A DNA stretch of 64,000 nucleotides. Origin: an uncultured Acidobacteriota bacterium (GTDB taxonomy: Bacteria > Acidobacteriota > Blastocatellia > RBC074). The translations under genes were made by a program, and so were the position numbers. The DNA lies in the NCBI GenBank assembly GCA_963796275.1, contig CAWCKY010000002.1:544001-608000 (forward strand). Direction: 5' to 3'. The first letter of the stretch is position 1. Each line of letters begins with the position of its first letter. Of this stretch, positions 43,201-52,200 are shown piece by piece. The notes under the pieces are model-generated. The model made no database searches, was not told the DNA's origin, and saw only the letters and a program-made list of their open reading frames with translations.

Positions 43201-43836
43201 CTTGAATTCCTGCAATGCTTCCGGTGAGACGTATGATTCTCCGAAATGACCTGCGAGATAAGTCGTCACCGATGCTCCATCAAGCAGCACCTCCTTCGAA
43301 AAGAAAGGGCTGCCGTTTATCTTCGCTTGCCATGTTCCTCCTTCCACGCCGGGTGTCAGTTTATAAGCAAAATTTTCCGGCGAGCGCCCACCGCCAAAAC
43401 TGAGTGGCAGTTGGTTGAGTTGCTGCTTCGTAATGCTGGTTCCGACATCGGGAGTTTCGGTCTGGAGCAAGCTGGGTTCACCGGAGATATTGACGGTTTC
43501 ACTCGTTGCACCTACTTCGAGCTGAGCATCAACGCGCAGCGTCTGAGCAACACCGAGAGATAGCTGATCGCGCACCTGTTTTTTAAAGCCGTGCCCTTCG
43601 AAACTGATCAGGTATGTTCCCGTCTGTAAATTGGGCACGCTGTACTGCCCATATTCATTGGTCTGCGATTGGTACGTAGCCTGCGTCCCCGCAGAGGTTA
43701 TGGTAATTTTGACATCGCCAATTGCCGCCCCCGACGGGTCGGTGACTGAGCCTGTTATAGTCCCGCGATCCAGTTGCGCAAAAGCAGGCCCAACCGTTAG
43801 CAAGAGGGAGAATATAACCATACATGTGGTTCTCAT
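40248..43836 (-). pseudogene. Oar-like TonB-dependent outer membrane transporter with a +1 frameshift at about 43095
   Basis: Signal plus carboxypeptidase-regulatory and plug domains in ORF 42946-43848; barrel in ORF 40248-43172 ending in F. Removing one base gives HGSAFGSIRNEVLNANSF. May be a sequencing error. Confidence 0.85.
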
Positions 43837-44078
43837 GCTGACCTCCATTGTCTATTTGCAAGTAAGTGGAAGGACGACAGCGATTGCAGTAATACGCGCT
43901 GCCAGATTCTATTGAATGTGATTGTTAGAGTTCGTCAGGCGGAATTTACTCCAGAATTTTCAGACCGGCAAGGATTTTTGGTTTGACCATTTGATTTCCT
44001 TCATATCGCAGTGAACGAACTGTGGTTGTATAATTCACCGTCAATCAATTCAATTTATCCATATCGGAGGAATACATT

Positions 44079-44849
44079 CTGCGAAATAAATCGGACCAAA
44101 GCTGGATTCACCTTGGTATAGATGAGCCTTATTTTGCTGTATTGACTGAGGATAGATTTCGTCGCGAGAATCTTAATGACGAGTCGCTCAAGGAGTTCTT
44201 CAAATCGGGTGAGAAATATATCGACCAGATACTCGGCATGATTCGCACACATCTTGACCCGACCTTTCAACCGAAAAGAGCGTTAGACTTCGGTTGCGGA
44301 GTGGGCCGCTTGATAATTCCACTCGCTCGGATTTGCGACATGGTTACGGGTGTCGATGTTTCCAGTCATATGTTGCGTGAAGCGAGGAAAAACTGTGAGC
44401 TCAGAGGGGTAGACAACATAGAACTGGTCGGATCGGATGACTCATTATCAGCTGTCCCAGGCACATTTGACTTCCTCCACTCGTACATCGTTTTCCAGCA
44501 CATTCCCATTGAAAGAGGAGAGCAGATAATGAGGAATTTGATTCTCCGGCTGCAGGAGAACGGCATCGGTGTCTTGCATGTTACCTATTACACGGAGCTT
44601 TCGAAGATCAAAAAGTTTTTGTATCGCGTCCGAAGGTCATCCAAGCTCTTTCATACGCTCTTGAACATCGGTGAAGGCAAAAGCATTAACGATCCTATGA
44701 TACAGATGAACGAATATAATTTGAACAACCTGTTGTTAATCATGCAGCAAGCAGGCTGTCATCATACTTATATTCGCTTCACCACTCACTCTGAGCATCT
44801 CGGAGTCGTCTTCTTTTTTCAAAAGAAAAACTCTATATCTAAATTGTAA
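44079..44849 (+). CDS. Class I SAM-dependent methyltransferase
   Basis: ALDFGCGVGR motif I, GVDVS, FDFLHSYIVFQHI. Strong RBS GGAGG at 44066 points to a CTG (44079) or ATT (44076) start. Confidence 0.85.
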   Translation: MRNKSDQSWIHLGIDEPYFAVLTEDRFRRENLNDESLKEFFKSGEKYIDQILGMIRTHLDPTFQPKRALDFGCGVGRLIIPLARICDMVTGVDVSSHMLREARKNCELRGVDNIELVGSDDSLSAVPGTFDFLHSYIVFQHIPIERGEQIMRNLILRLQENGIGVLHVTYYTELSKIKKFLYRVRRSSKLFHTLLNIGEGKSINDPMIQMNEYNLNNLLLIMQQAGCHHTYIRFTTHSEHLGVVFFFQKKNSISKL

Positions 44850-44944
44850 GCGGCAGCCGGCTGCAGAGGGACGAAAACAATTTTTCGCGTATTGTTAGCA
44901 TTCTGGGCATCGAATAGCGCCTTTATCAAGTAGGAGGTGATTTT

Positions 44945-46132
44945 ATGATCGCAAAAGCTGAACCAAAACGCTATGTCCTGTCGGAAGACATTCTGGCCCG
45001 ATGCCTCGAGCGCGCTCCGGTTTATGACCGCGAGAATCGTTTCTTTTATGAAGACTTGGAAGAATTGCGCCAGGCCGGCTATCTGACTATGGCTGTCCCC
45101 CGGGAGTTGGGCGGCATAGGGAAAACGCTTGCGGAAACGTGTCAGGAGCAGCGCCGTCTCGCTTATTATGCGCCAGCCACCGCGCTGGGGATCAATATGC
45201 ATCTTTATTGGACCGGGGTCGCCGCCGACTTATGGCGTTCCGGCGACAAATCTCTCGAGTGGCTCCTGAAAGCCGCGATGCAGGGAGATGTCTTCGCCGC
45301 CGGTCACGCGGAGAGCGGAAATGACATCCCATTGCTGCTTTCGACTACGAAGGCTGAGCGCGTAGAAGGCGGCTATCGATTCACCGGACACAAATCTTTC
45401 GGCAGCCTCTCGCCGGTCTGGACCTATTTGGGTCTGCACGGAATGGATACCAGCGACCCGCAGTCGCCCAAGATCATCCATGCATTCATGCACCGCAGCA
45501 CGGAAGGCTGGACGATCAAGCAGACATGGGACACTCTCGGAATGCGCGCGACAGCCAGCGAGGACACGATCCTGAAGGAAGCCTTCGTACCCGACAACCA
45601 TATCGCACGCATCGTTCCGGCCGGAGCAGCCGGTTTGGACCAGTTCGTGCTTACGACATTTGCCTGGGCCCTGTTCGGATTCGCCAATGTTTATTATGGA
45701 ATGGCCAGTCGTGCGCTCGATCTGACAGTCGAGAGCGTCAAAAAGAAGAACTCGGTGAGTATGTCACGCTCTATGGCTTATCACGCTGGGATTCAACATA
45801 ACATCGCCGAAATGGTAATGGAGCTCGAGGCTATCGAGCCGCACCTCGAGAAGACCGCTCAAGATTGGTCGCTCGGGGTTGATTACGGAATGGCCTGGGT
45901 CACCAAGATCATCGCCGCTAAATACCGGGCGGTCGAAGGTTCGTGGCGCGTGATCGACATGGCGCTCGACCTCGCAGGGGGCTTCGGTATCTTCAAAGCG
46001 GCACCATTTGAGCGTTTATTCCGCGATGCGAGATTAGGCCGTATCCATCCGGCCAACAGTTTGCTGACGCACGAACTCATCGGCAAACTCACGCTCGGAA
46101 TCAATCCCGATGAGCAGCCGCGCTGGGGATAA
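44945..46132 (+). CDS. Acyl-CoA dehydrogenase-family flavoprotein (possibly monooxygenase subclass)
   Basis: LEELRQAGYL, GYRFTGHKSFGS, WDTLGMRATAS, FERLFRDAR; RBS GGAGG. Confidence 0.9.
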   Translation: MIAKAEPKRYVLSEDILARCLERAPVYDRENRFFYEDLEELRQAGYLTMAVPRELGGIGKTLAETCQEQRRLAYYAPATALGINMHLYWTGVAADLWRSGDKSLEWLLKAAMQGDVFAAGHAESGNDIPLLLSTTKAERVEGGYRFTGHKSFGSLSPVWTYLGLHGMDTSDPQSPKIIHAFMHRSTEGWTIKQTWDTLGMRATASEDTILKEAFVPDNHIARIVPAGAAGLDQFVLTTFAWALFGFANVYYGMASRALDLTVESVKKKNSVSMSRSMAYHAGIQHNIAEMVMELEAIEPHLEKTAQDWSLGVDYGMAWVTKIIAAKYRAVEGSWRVIDMALDLAGGFGIFKAAPFERLFRDARLGRIHPANSLLTHELIGKLTLGINPDEQPRWG

Positions 46133-46133
46133 C

Positions 46134-46400
46134 TCAGACGAACATTGCAGGGCTGATTTCAAGCGACACTTCCGAAATTTTATCTACCGGCATACCGGCG
46201 AGTCTGGCGTGTTCCCGTATTGCTTCCGGGCTGGGCGCGTCATACTCGCAGTAGATTTTGCCTTCCGCTTCAGAGACGTAACTCCTGATCCAGACAATAC
46301 CGGGCACCTGCGCAATCGCGCGATTAGACCTCCGACCGGCAGCATCCAACTCCTCTGCCGACAGCAGACCCACAGAGCGTTCGATGATGTATCTTGGCAT
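46134..46400 (-). CDS. DUF4242-family small protein (SCO4226-like, putative metal-binding)
   Basis: MPRYIIER...WIRSYV...KIYCEYDAPSPEAIREHA...PVDKISEV; RBS GGAGG. Confidence 0.85.
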   Translation of the reverse strand: MPRYIIERSVGLLSAEELDAAGRRSNRAIAQVPGIVWIRSYVSEAEGKIYCEYDAPSPEAIREHARLAGMPVDKISEVSLEISPAMFV

Positions 46401-46499
46401 TTTTCCTCCTCCGAAAAACAGATCTTCGGTTTTCAGTATCCAGGTGCTAATTAAAATCGATTCCGTTGAAACTGAACCGAATCCGTTTATCACTCGTGA

Positions 46500-49400
46500 T
46501 CACCCATAAAGTTGGCTGCAAGCTTCTTGCAACTGTTCGCTCCTGATTTCGCCGGCGATGGCCTGAGCCTGATCGAGGAATTCGCGCGATCGCTCGGGCT
46601 CGCTCTTTACATAGACTTTGGCCAGATGATGCAGCATCCATCCTTCGCCCTGACGATCGCCGATTTCGCGACGCAGCATCAGAGAAGCGCGGTAATGATC
46701 GGCCGCCCTCTCAAACAGTCCGGTCTCGCTCATTACATCCCCCAGTGCTGCCAGCGCGTGTCCTTCAAAAAGCTTCTGCCCCGAGGCGCGAAGAATCGAA
46801 ATCGCTTCCTCGAGTCGAGACTCCGCTTCGTCGAATCGCCCCATCGCTTTCAGCGTGGCACCGATGCTGCTCAGCATCAGACCCGTATTGACCCGATCAC
46901 CCAGTTCCTCAAAAACTCGCCGGGCATTTTCATAGTGTTCCAGCGCCCGCCCGTAATTTGCCCGCTCCCAATCGACAATTCCCAAGGTATTGAGCAGATC
47001 ACCCATCTGGGCTTTATCCCCCGTAACCGCGGTGAGGTCGAGCGCTTCTTGATAGTATCGGAGCGCAGGCTCTTGACTGCCTTCCTGCCTGGCCTCCCGG
47101 CCCAGCCTCTTCAAGGCAGTAATGAGACTGGTCAGGGCCATCCGTTCCATCTCCCTGTCTCCGAGCTGAGAGAAGAGATCGGCTGCCTCCGCTAAAATCG
47201 GTTGAGCTTCCTCCACTCTAGCCACCTCAAGAAGTCGTTGCCCGCAAACATTGAGCGCCTGCGCTAGCTCGGTCTTGATGTCGAGGCTTCGGATCAGCGA
47301 AACAAGCTCCTGGCAAAGTCGCAGGCATTCTTCCGACTTGCCCTGCTCCCAGCACAAACCGGCCAAATTTTTGGTGTTGATCATTTGCGCGACTGGCATG
47401 TGGTTTTGCCTAGCTATTTCAATGCCCTCCTCTAACATTTGAATCGCTTTTTCGATCTCACCCAGATCCCTGTGCACATTAGCCAGAATGCCGAGGGCGT
47501 AGACCTGAAATGAATACCTTCCCAGTGTTACGCTGAGTTGTTCCGCCTCTTCTAAAAATTCGAGGGCTTTCTGAGGCTCGCCTCGAGCGCGCAGAAGCGC
47601 GCCGATGTTGGTGAGGTCCTGCATATATCCGGCGGCGTCATTCATCTCCCGGTCCATCTCGAGAGCTGAGCGAGTGTATGACATAGCCTCATCATTGCGC
47701 CCCTGCTGCCAGTAGAGAAATCCCAGACTCCGGAGGGTGCGACGCTCATCGACCCGGTCTGAAAGCGACTGCTGAATAGTGAGTGATTCGTTAAGCAAGC
47801 GTTCCGCTTCTGCAAATCGTTGGAGCAGCGTATAGAGTTCTCCCTGACGAATGTAAACCTCGGCCAGCAATGTCTGATCGCTCTCCGGGTCGAGCAGCGA
47901 GAGGGTCCGATCGATGAATGCCTGCTGCCGCTCGCGAAGACCGAGCGTTTCGCACAGGCGTTCCTGTGCTAGCAGTACATGAACGAGGGAATTCTTATGC
48001 TCTCCGTTGTCCGGTAGCTTCAATATCCAGCCTTCGACTTTTTCGAGCGTGCCGAGGGCCTCCGTAAACCTGATGAGTTTGACGGCACGCTTCGCCGCCT
48101 CGCGCCCGTAGGTCACCGCCTTAGCCCAGTTCTCTGCTCGGCTGAAATGATAGGCAAGGAGATCGAAACGTTCTTCGATTCGCTCACGCGACATATCCTC
48201 GATTGCGCGCCCGACCGATTCATGAAGACTGCGCCGCTGATGCAGGAGCATACTGTCGTAAACAACTTCCTGTGTCAGCATATGATTGAACTGATATGTC
48301 GCCTCCGGCAGAACTCGTACCTGATGAATCAATCCCATGGCCTGTAACTTTTCCAGGCAGTGCGAGAGTCGATGCCGGCTCTCAAAGGTGAGTTCGAGGA
48401 TCGGTCGATTGAACTCATGCCCTATGACTGATGCATGGCGCAGCGCTTTCCGGGTCTCTCGATCCAGCCGATCGAAGCGCACACGAATGACCGCCTGCAC
48501 CGTGTCCGGCAGATCGAACTCTTCCAGAGAACCGTTCAATTTGGCCTCACGATCGACGACCATAATCCTCCCGTTCTCTATCGAGGTCAGGCAGACTTCC
48601 TCGATGAAGAACGGGTTCCCTCCCGTTCGCCGATAAAGCAGGTCTCCCAGCCCTTCGGGTAAAGCATCCGCCTTGAGTATGGCTTTCACGATGCTGACCG
48701 AATGCGCAGCACCCAGTGGCCCGAGATAGATCTGAGTGTGATGGCTCAAATATGCCGAATCGAAGGAACGCTCGGGGCGGCAGGTGACGATAATCATTAG
48801 CGGGTATTCGGCCGCCATGCGGACCAATTTCTTGAGCGCTTCTTCCGACGCCTCATCCGCCCAATGCCAATCTTCGAGGAGCATAAGTGACGGGCCACGT
48901 TTCGTCCCGAGCGTGAATATGGCCGAGAGCGCTTCAAGGATGGCAAGGCGGAGGTCCGCACCCTGCAGAGGTTCCGGGATCGGATACTCTTCGCTCGGCA
49001 GCGACAACAGATGAAGGTAGAGCGGGATATAAATATCCAGATTGCTATCAATCGCGCGAATGCCTTCAACCGTGCGCGACAACAAACCGACCGGGGAATC
49101 ATTCTCCTGCAGGTTTAGCGCGTCTCGCAAAACATCGATGAAAGGCTGATACGGTATGTTGCCGCCATATGATTCGCAGCGGCCCTGCAAAATAGTGGCC
49201 GGCATCTCTCTCAGAGAGCGGCGAAACTCGAGCAGCAGACGGCTCTTGCCCGCCCCCGCTTCGCCGACGACGCTTACCACCTGCCCTTCTCCTTTGAGAG
49301 CTTTGTCATAAATGTCCTGAAGCGTGATGAGCTCTTTCTCCCGGCCAGTATATCGGGTCAGTCCAAGCGACTGAGCAGCTTCCAGCCTGGTCTGTGCCCC

Positions 49401-51203
49401 CGACTCGCACAGAACTCGGTATGACATCACCGGGCCCGACTTCGGTTTGAGCGGTAGAGGTCGTCCGAGTTCCGTCTTGAAGAAAGGCGCTACCAACCTG
49501 CGGGTCTCCTCACCGAGGAGTATTTCATCGGATTCCGCCTGTGCGGCCAGTTTGGCGGCAATCTGCAGCGCCTCTCCCGTCACCCTGTACTTCTCACCCG
49601 ATCCCGCCTGATGTTGTGCTACAACCGGACCGGTGCTGACCCCGGTAGACAGGCGGATAACCTGGTTGAGTCGTCGTTCGTGTTCACCTGTCAGTTCGCG
49701 CACCCGAGCGTGGAATTCGAGGCTCGCCCGCACAGCGCGAACAAAGTGGTCTTCGTATGTGGCGGGGATGCCGAAAAGTGCGGTAATCCCGTCGCCGGTG
49801 AGCTGCATTACCATTCCACCGTGCTTTTCCACAATTTCGACGACAGCTGTTTTGACGTTTGCAACGATCTGTTCGACCTCTTCTGATGCGAGCTGTTCCA
49901 CCAGCCCCGCGTATCCGGATAGGCTCGAGCAAACTACCGCCGCCTGTCTGCGCTCATTTTCGAGCGGCTGAATGGGTTGCGTCCCCAGATTTGAAATCGT
50001 CGGCAACTCCTCTGTAGCTGTCAAAGATGAACCGCACTTACAGCAGAAGAGGTGAGCGGCCGGATTCTCCTGCCCGCACTGCGGACACGCTATCCGCGGT
50101 AGAATCGTTCTCGATTCCTGCAGGTACTGCAGATTCTTGAGGTCGCGCTGCAACTCCTCGACCTTTTGATACCTATCATCCAGCTTCTTCTCCAAAGCCT
50201 TCCGCACGATCCTATCCATATCCGGAGGCATTCCCGGAGTGGATCGGGCGAGCGGCACCAGTTCTCTTTCAAGGATTGCAGCCATAACATCGCTCGGGGT
50301 CTTTCCCGTAAAGGGTCTGCTTCCGGCGACCATTTCATAAAGCACGACCCCAAGGCTGAATATATCGCTGCGAGCCTCCACCTCGATCCCGCGCACCTGC
50401 TCCGGCGACATATACTGCGGCGTCCCCATAACCAATCCCGGCAACGTGTTGATCCCGGTTTTGGCCTCGCTCTCGGCAGCAGCCACCGCATTTGCGGATG
50501 GACGTCGTTCGAGCAGCTTGGCCAAGCCGAAGTCGAGCACCTTGATCAAGCCGTCGCGCCGCATCATGATGTTCTCCGGCTTGATATCGCGATGAACTAT
50601 TCCTACCTCGTGCGCCGCCGCGAGCGCCATCGATGTCTGGACGGCAACATCGAGCGCAAAGCCGATCTCCAAGGGCCCGCACGACATCTGCTGCCGCAGA
50701 GTTTGCCCTTCAATATACTCGGTGGCGATGAAGTTTCTCCCCTCCGCCCATCCGATCTCATAAATAGTGATGATGTTCGGGTGATTAAGGGCTGAGGCAG
50801 CTCTCGCCTCCCGATCAAAACGCTTGACTCTCTCCTCATCCCGGGTGAACTCTTCCGGCAACACCTTGAGCGCAACCTTACGCCCGAGCCTGGTGTCAAG
50901 CGCCAGGTAGACCTCGCTCATCCCGCCCGCGCCTAACAACGATATGATTTGATAATGGCTTATGCATCGCCCGATGAGCGAAGCGATTTGCGGTTTTGGG
51001 ATGAGGCTGGCGGCCACTTCCAGCGCGGTGGTAGCGAAGTAATCGGCGGCCGGTTGTTGTGCTGCGAGCAGCGACTCTACCTCGCGCCTCAATTCTTCGT
51101 CGGCTCCGCAGACTGCGTCGAGGAATGCGACGCGCTCGTCCGGATCAAGGTCCAAAGCCGCTTGATAAAGCCGGGCGACTTGTCGATACCGTTCCGAATT
51201 CAT
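46500..51203 (-). CDS. Ser/Thr kinase - double zinc ribbon - class III cyclase-like - STAND/AAA ATPase - TPR fusion protein
   Basis: HRDIKPEN/DFG kinase; CPQC...CCKC; GDG cyclase core; GEAGAGKS Walker A and LLEDWHWAD Walker B; about 500 aa of TPRs. Confidence 0.9.
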   Translation of the reverse strand: MNSERYRQVARLYQAALDLDPDERVAFLDAVCGADEELRREVESLLAAQQPAADYFATTALEVAASLIPKPQIASLIGRCISHYQIISLLGAGGMSEVYLALDTRLGRKVALKVLPEEFTRDEERVKRFDREARAASALNHPNIITIYEIGWAEGRNFIATEYIEGQTLRQQMSCGPLEIGFALDVAVQTSMALAAAHEVGIVHRDIKPENIMMRRDGLIKVLDFGLAKLLERRPSANAVAAAESEAKTGINTLPGLVMGTPQYMSPEQVRGIEVEARSDIFSLGVVLYEMVAGSRPFTGKTPSDVMAAILERELVPLARSTPGMPPDMDRIVRKALEKKLDDRYQKVEELQRDLKNLQYLQESRTILPRIACPQCGQENPAAHLFCCKCGSSLTATEELPTISNLGTQPIQPLENERRQAAVVCSSLSGYAGLVEQLASEEVEQIVANVKTAVVEIVEKHGGMVMQLTGDGITALFGIPATYEDHFVRAVRASLEFHARVRELTGEHERRLNQVIRLSTGVSTGPVVAQHQAGSGEKYRVTGEALQIAAKLAAQAESDEILLGEETRRLVAPFFKTELGRPLPLKPKSGPVMSYRVLCESGAQTRLEAAQSLGLTRYTGREKELITLQDIYDKALKGEGQVVSVVGEAGAGKSRLLLEFRRSLREMPATILQGRCESYGGNIPYQPFIDVLRDALNLQENDSPVGLLSRTVEGIRAIDSNLDIYIPLYLHLLSLPSEEYPIPEPLQGADLRLAILEALSAIFTLGTKRGPSLMLLEDWHWADEASEEALKKLVRMAAEYPLMIIVTCRPERSFDSAYLSHHTQIYLGPLGAAHSVSIVKAILKADALPEGLGDLLYRRTGGNPFFIEEVCLTSIENGRIMVVDREAKLNGSLEEFDLPDTVQAVIRVRFDRLDRETRKALRHASVIGHEFNRPILELTFESRHRLSHCLEKLQAMGLIHQVRVLPEATYQFNHMLTQEVVYDSMLLHQRRSLHESVGRAIEDMSRERIEERFDLLAYHFSRAENWAKAVTYGREAAKRAVKLIRFTEALGTLEKVEGWILKLPDNGEHKNSLVHVLLAQERLCETLGLRERQQAFIDRTLSLLDPESDQTLLAEVYIRQGELYTLLQRFAEAERLLNESLTIQQSLSDRVDERRTLRSLGFLYWQQGRNDEAMSYTRSALEMDREMNDAAGYMQDLTNIGALLRARGEPQKALEFLEEAEQLSVTLGRYSFQVYALGILANVHRDLGEIEKAIQMLEEGIEIARQNHMPVAQMINTKNLAGLCWEQGKSEECLRLCQELVSLIRSLDIKTELAQALNVCGQRLLEVARVEEAQPILAEAADLFSQLGDREMERMALTSLITALKRLGREARQEGSQEPALRYYQEALDLTAVTGDKAQMGDLLNTLGIVDWERANYGRALEHYENARRVFEELGDRVNTGLMLSSIGATLKAMGRFDEAESRLEEAISILRASGQKLFEGHALAALGDVMSETGLFERAADHYRASLMLRREIGDRQGEGWMLHHLAKVYVKSEPERSREFLDQAQAIAGEIRSEQLQEACSQLYG

Positions 51204-51316
51204 AAAAGAAGTAAGTTAGCACAGTCGGACAGGGCATACTACCTGATTTGACTGTGGGTTGAAGGCTGATCACGGCTGTTTGGCGAAGCAACATCTTTGA
51301 CAGCTATTTTCGATAA

Positions 51317-51899
51317 CTATTTTTGATAGCCATCTTTGCACAGCTCGCGGTAGAGCCATGCCTGTGCCAGGTTCAGATCGCGCCTCACCGTGCCTACCGA
51401 GACATCGAGCGATTCGGCGGCTTCTTTGTAACTCAACCCGGCAAAATAACACAATTCGACCACGCGGGCATGCCCGCGGATCTAGTTTCTCCAATGCCTG
51501 AAGAGCGTCGTCCAGCGCGATCAGGTCCGGTGACCGCTCCCGGGCGAGGCCGGATACTTCTGATAATGAGACCCGCATTGCATCGCCGCCGCGTTTTTCG
51601 CGGCGCTGAGAGCGAGCGAAATCGACCAGGATGCGCCTCATGATCCGCGCCGCCAACCCGTAAAAATGGGCGCGATTCTTCCACTGCACATTCTTCCAAT
51701 CGATCAACCTGAGGTAAGCCTCATTGACCAGAGCGGTTGCCTGCAGAACGTGCCCCGGGCGTTCGCCTGCCATATAACGTTGGGCGAGCCGATGCAACTC
51801 CCCATGGACTAAAGGCGCGAGCCGCTCCAATGCCAGCGTATCGCCATCGTTCCAGGCGACGAGTAGTTGCGTGATCTCATGTGTCGAGGGATTGGCCAT
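51317..51899 (-). pseudogene. ECF sigma factor (TIGR02999-like, kinase-associated) with a +1 frameshift at about 51472
   Basis: ITQLLVAW...LQATALVNEAYLRL...RRILVDFAR. Removing one base restores region 4 (RHARVVELCYFAGLSYKEAAESLDVSVGTVRRDL...AWLYREL) with a stop at 51317. Confidence 0.85.
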
Positions 51900-52138
51900 A
51901 GTATCTCGCCAGATTGATACTCGGAGTAATCTGTTGCACGAAGATTGATTTCTTCTTAGTTATAATACATCCACGCTCTATACTCCCACGCGAGCAATAA
52001 AGCAATAGCGCAGGACGCCCGATGCCGGCGGGGCTTATCTAGGCACTGAAATGATATTAATTCCACGTGCCCAGCTGAATCCTTGTATTCCGTTGGGCGA
52101 TCGAGTAATTTTCATCGGTAATCCCCTAGCATTCAGCC

Positions 52139-52178
52139 GTAAAAGTTGTGTTGTAAAAGTTGTGCCGTAAAAGTTGTG
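52139..52178 (+). repeat. Triple direct repeat GTAAAAGTTGTG, 14-bp period
   Basis: Copies at 52139, 52153 and 52167, just upstream of the RBS of the DUF1549/1553 gene. Confidence 0.85.
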
Positions 52179-52200
52179 ATGATCACTGGAGGAAAATCTT

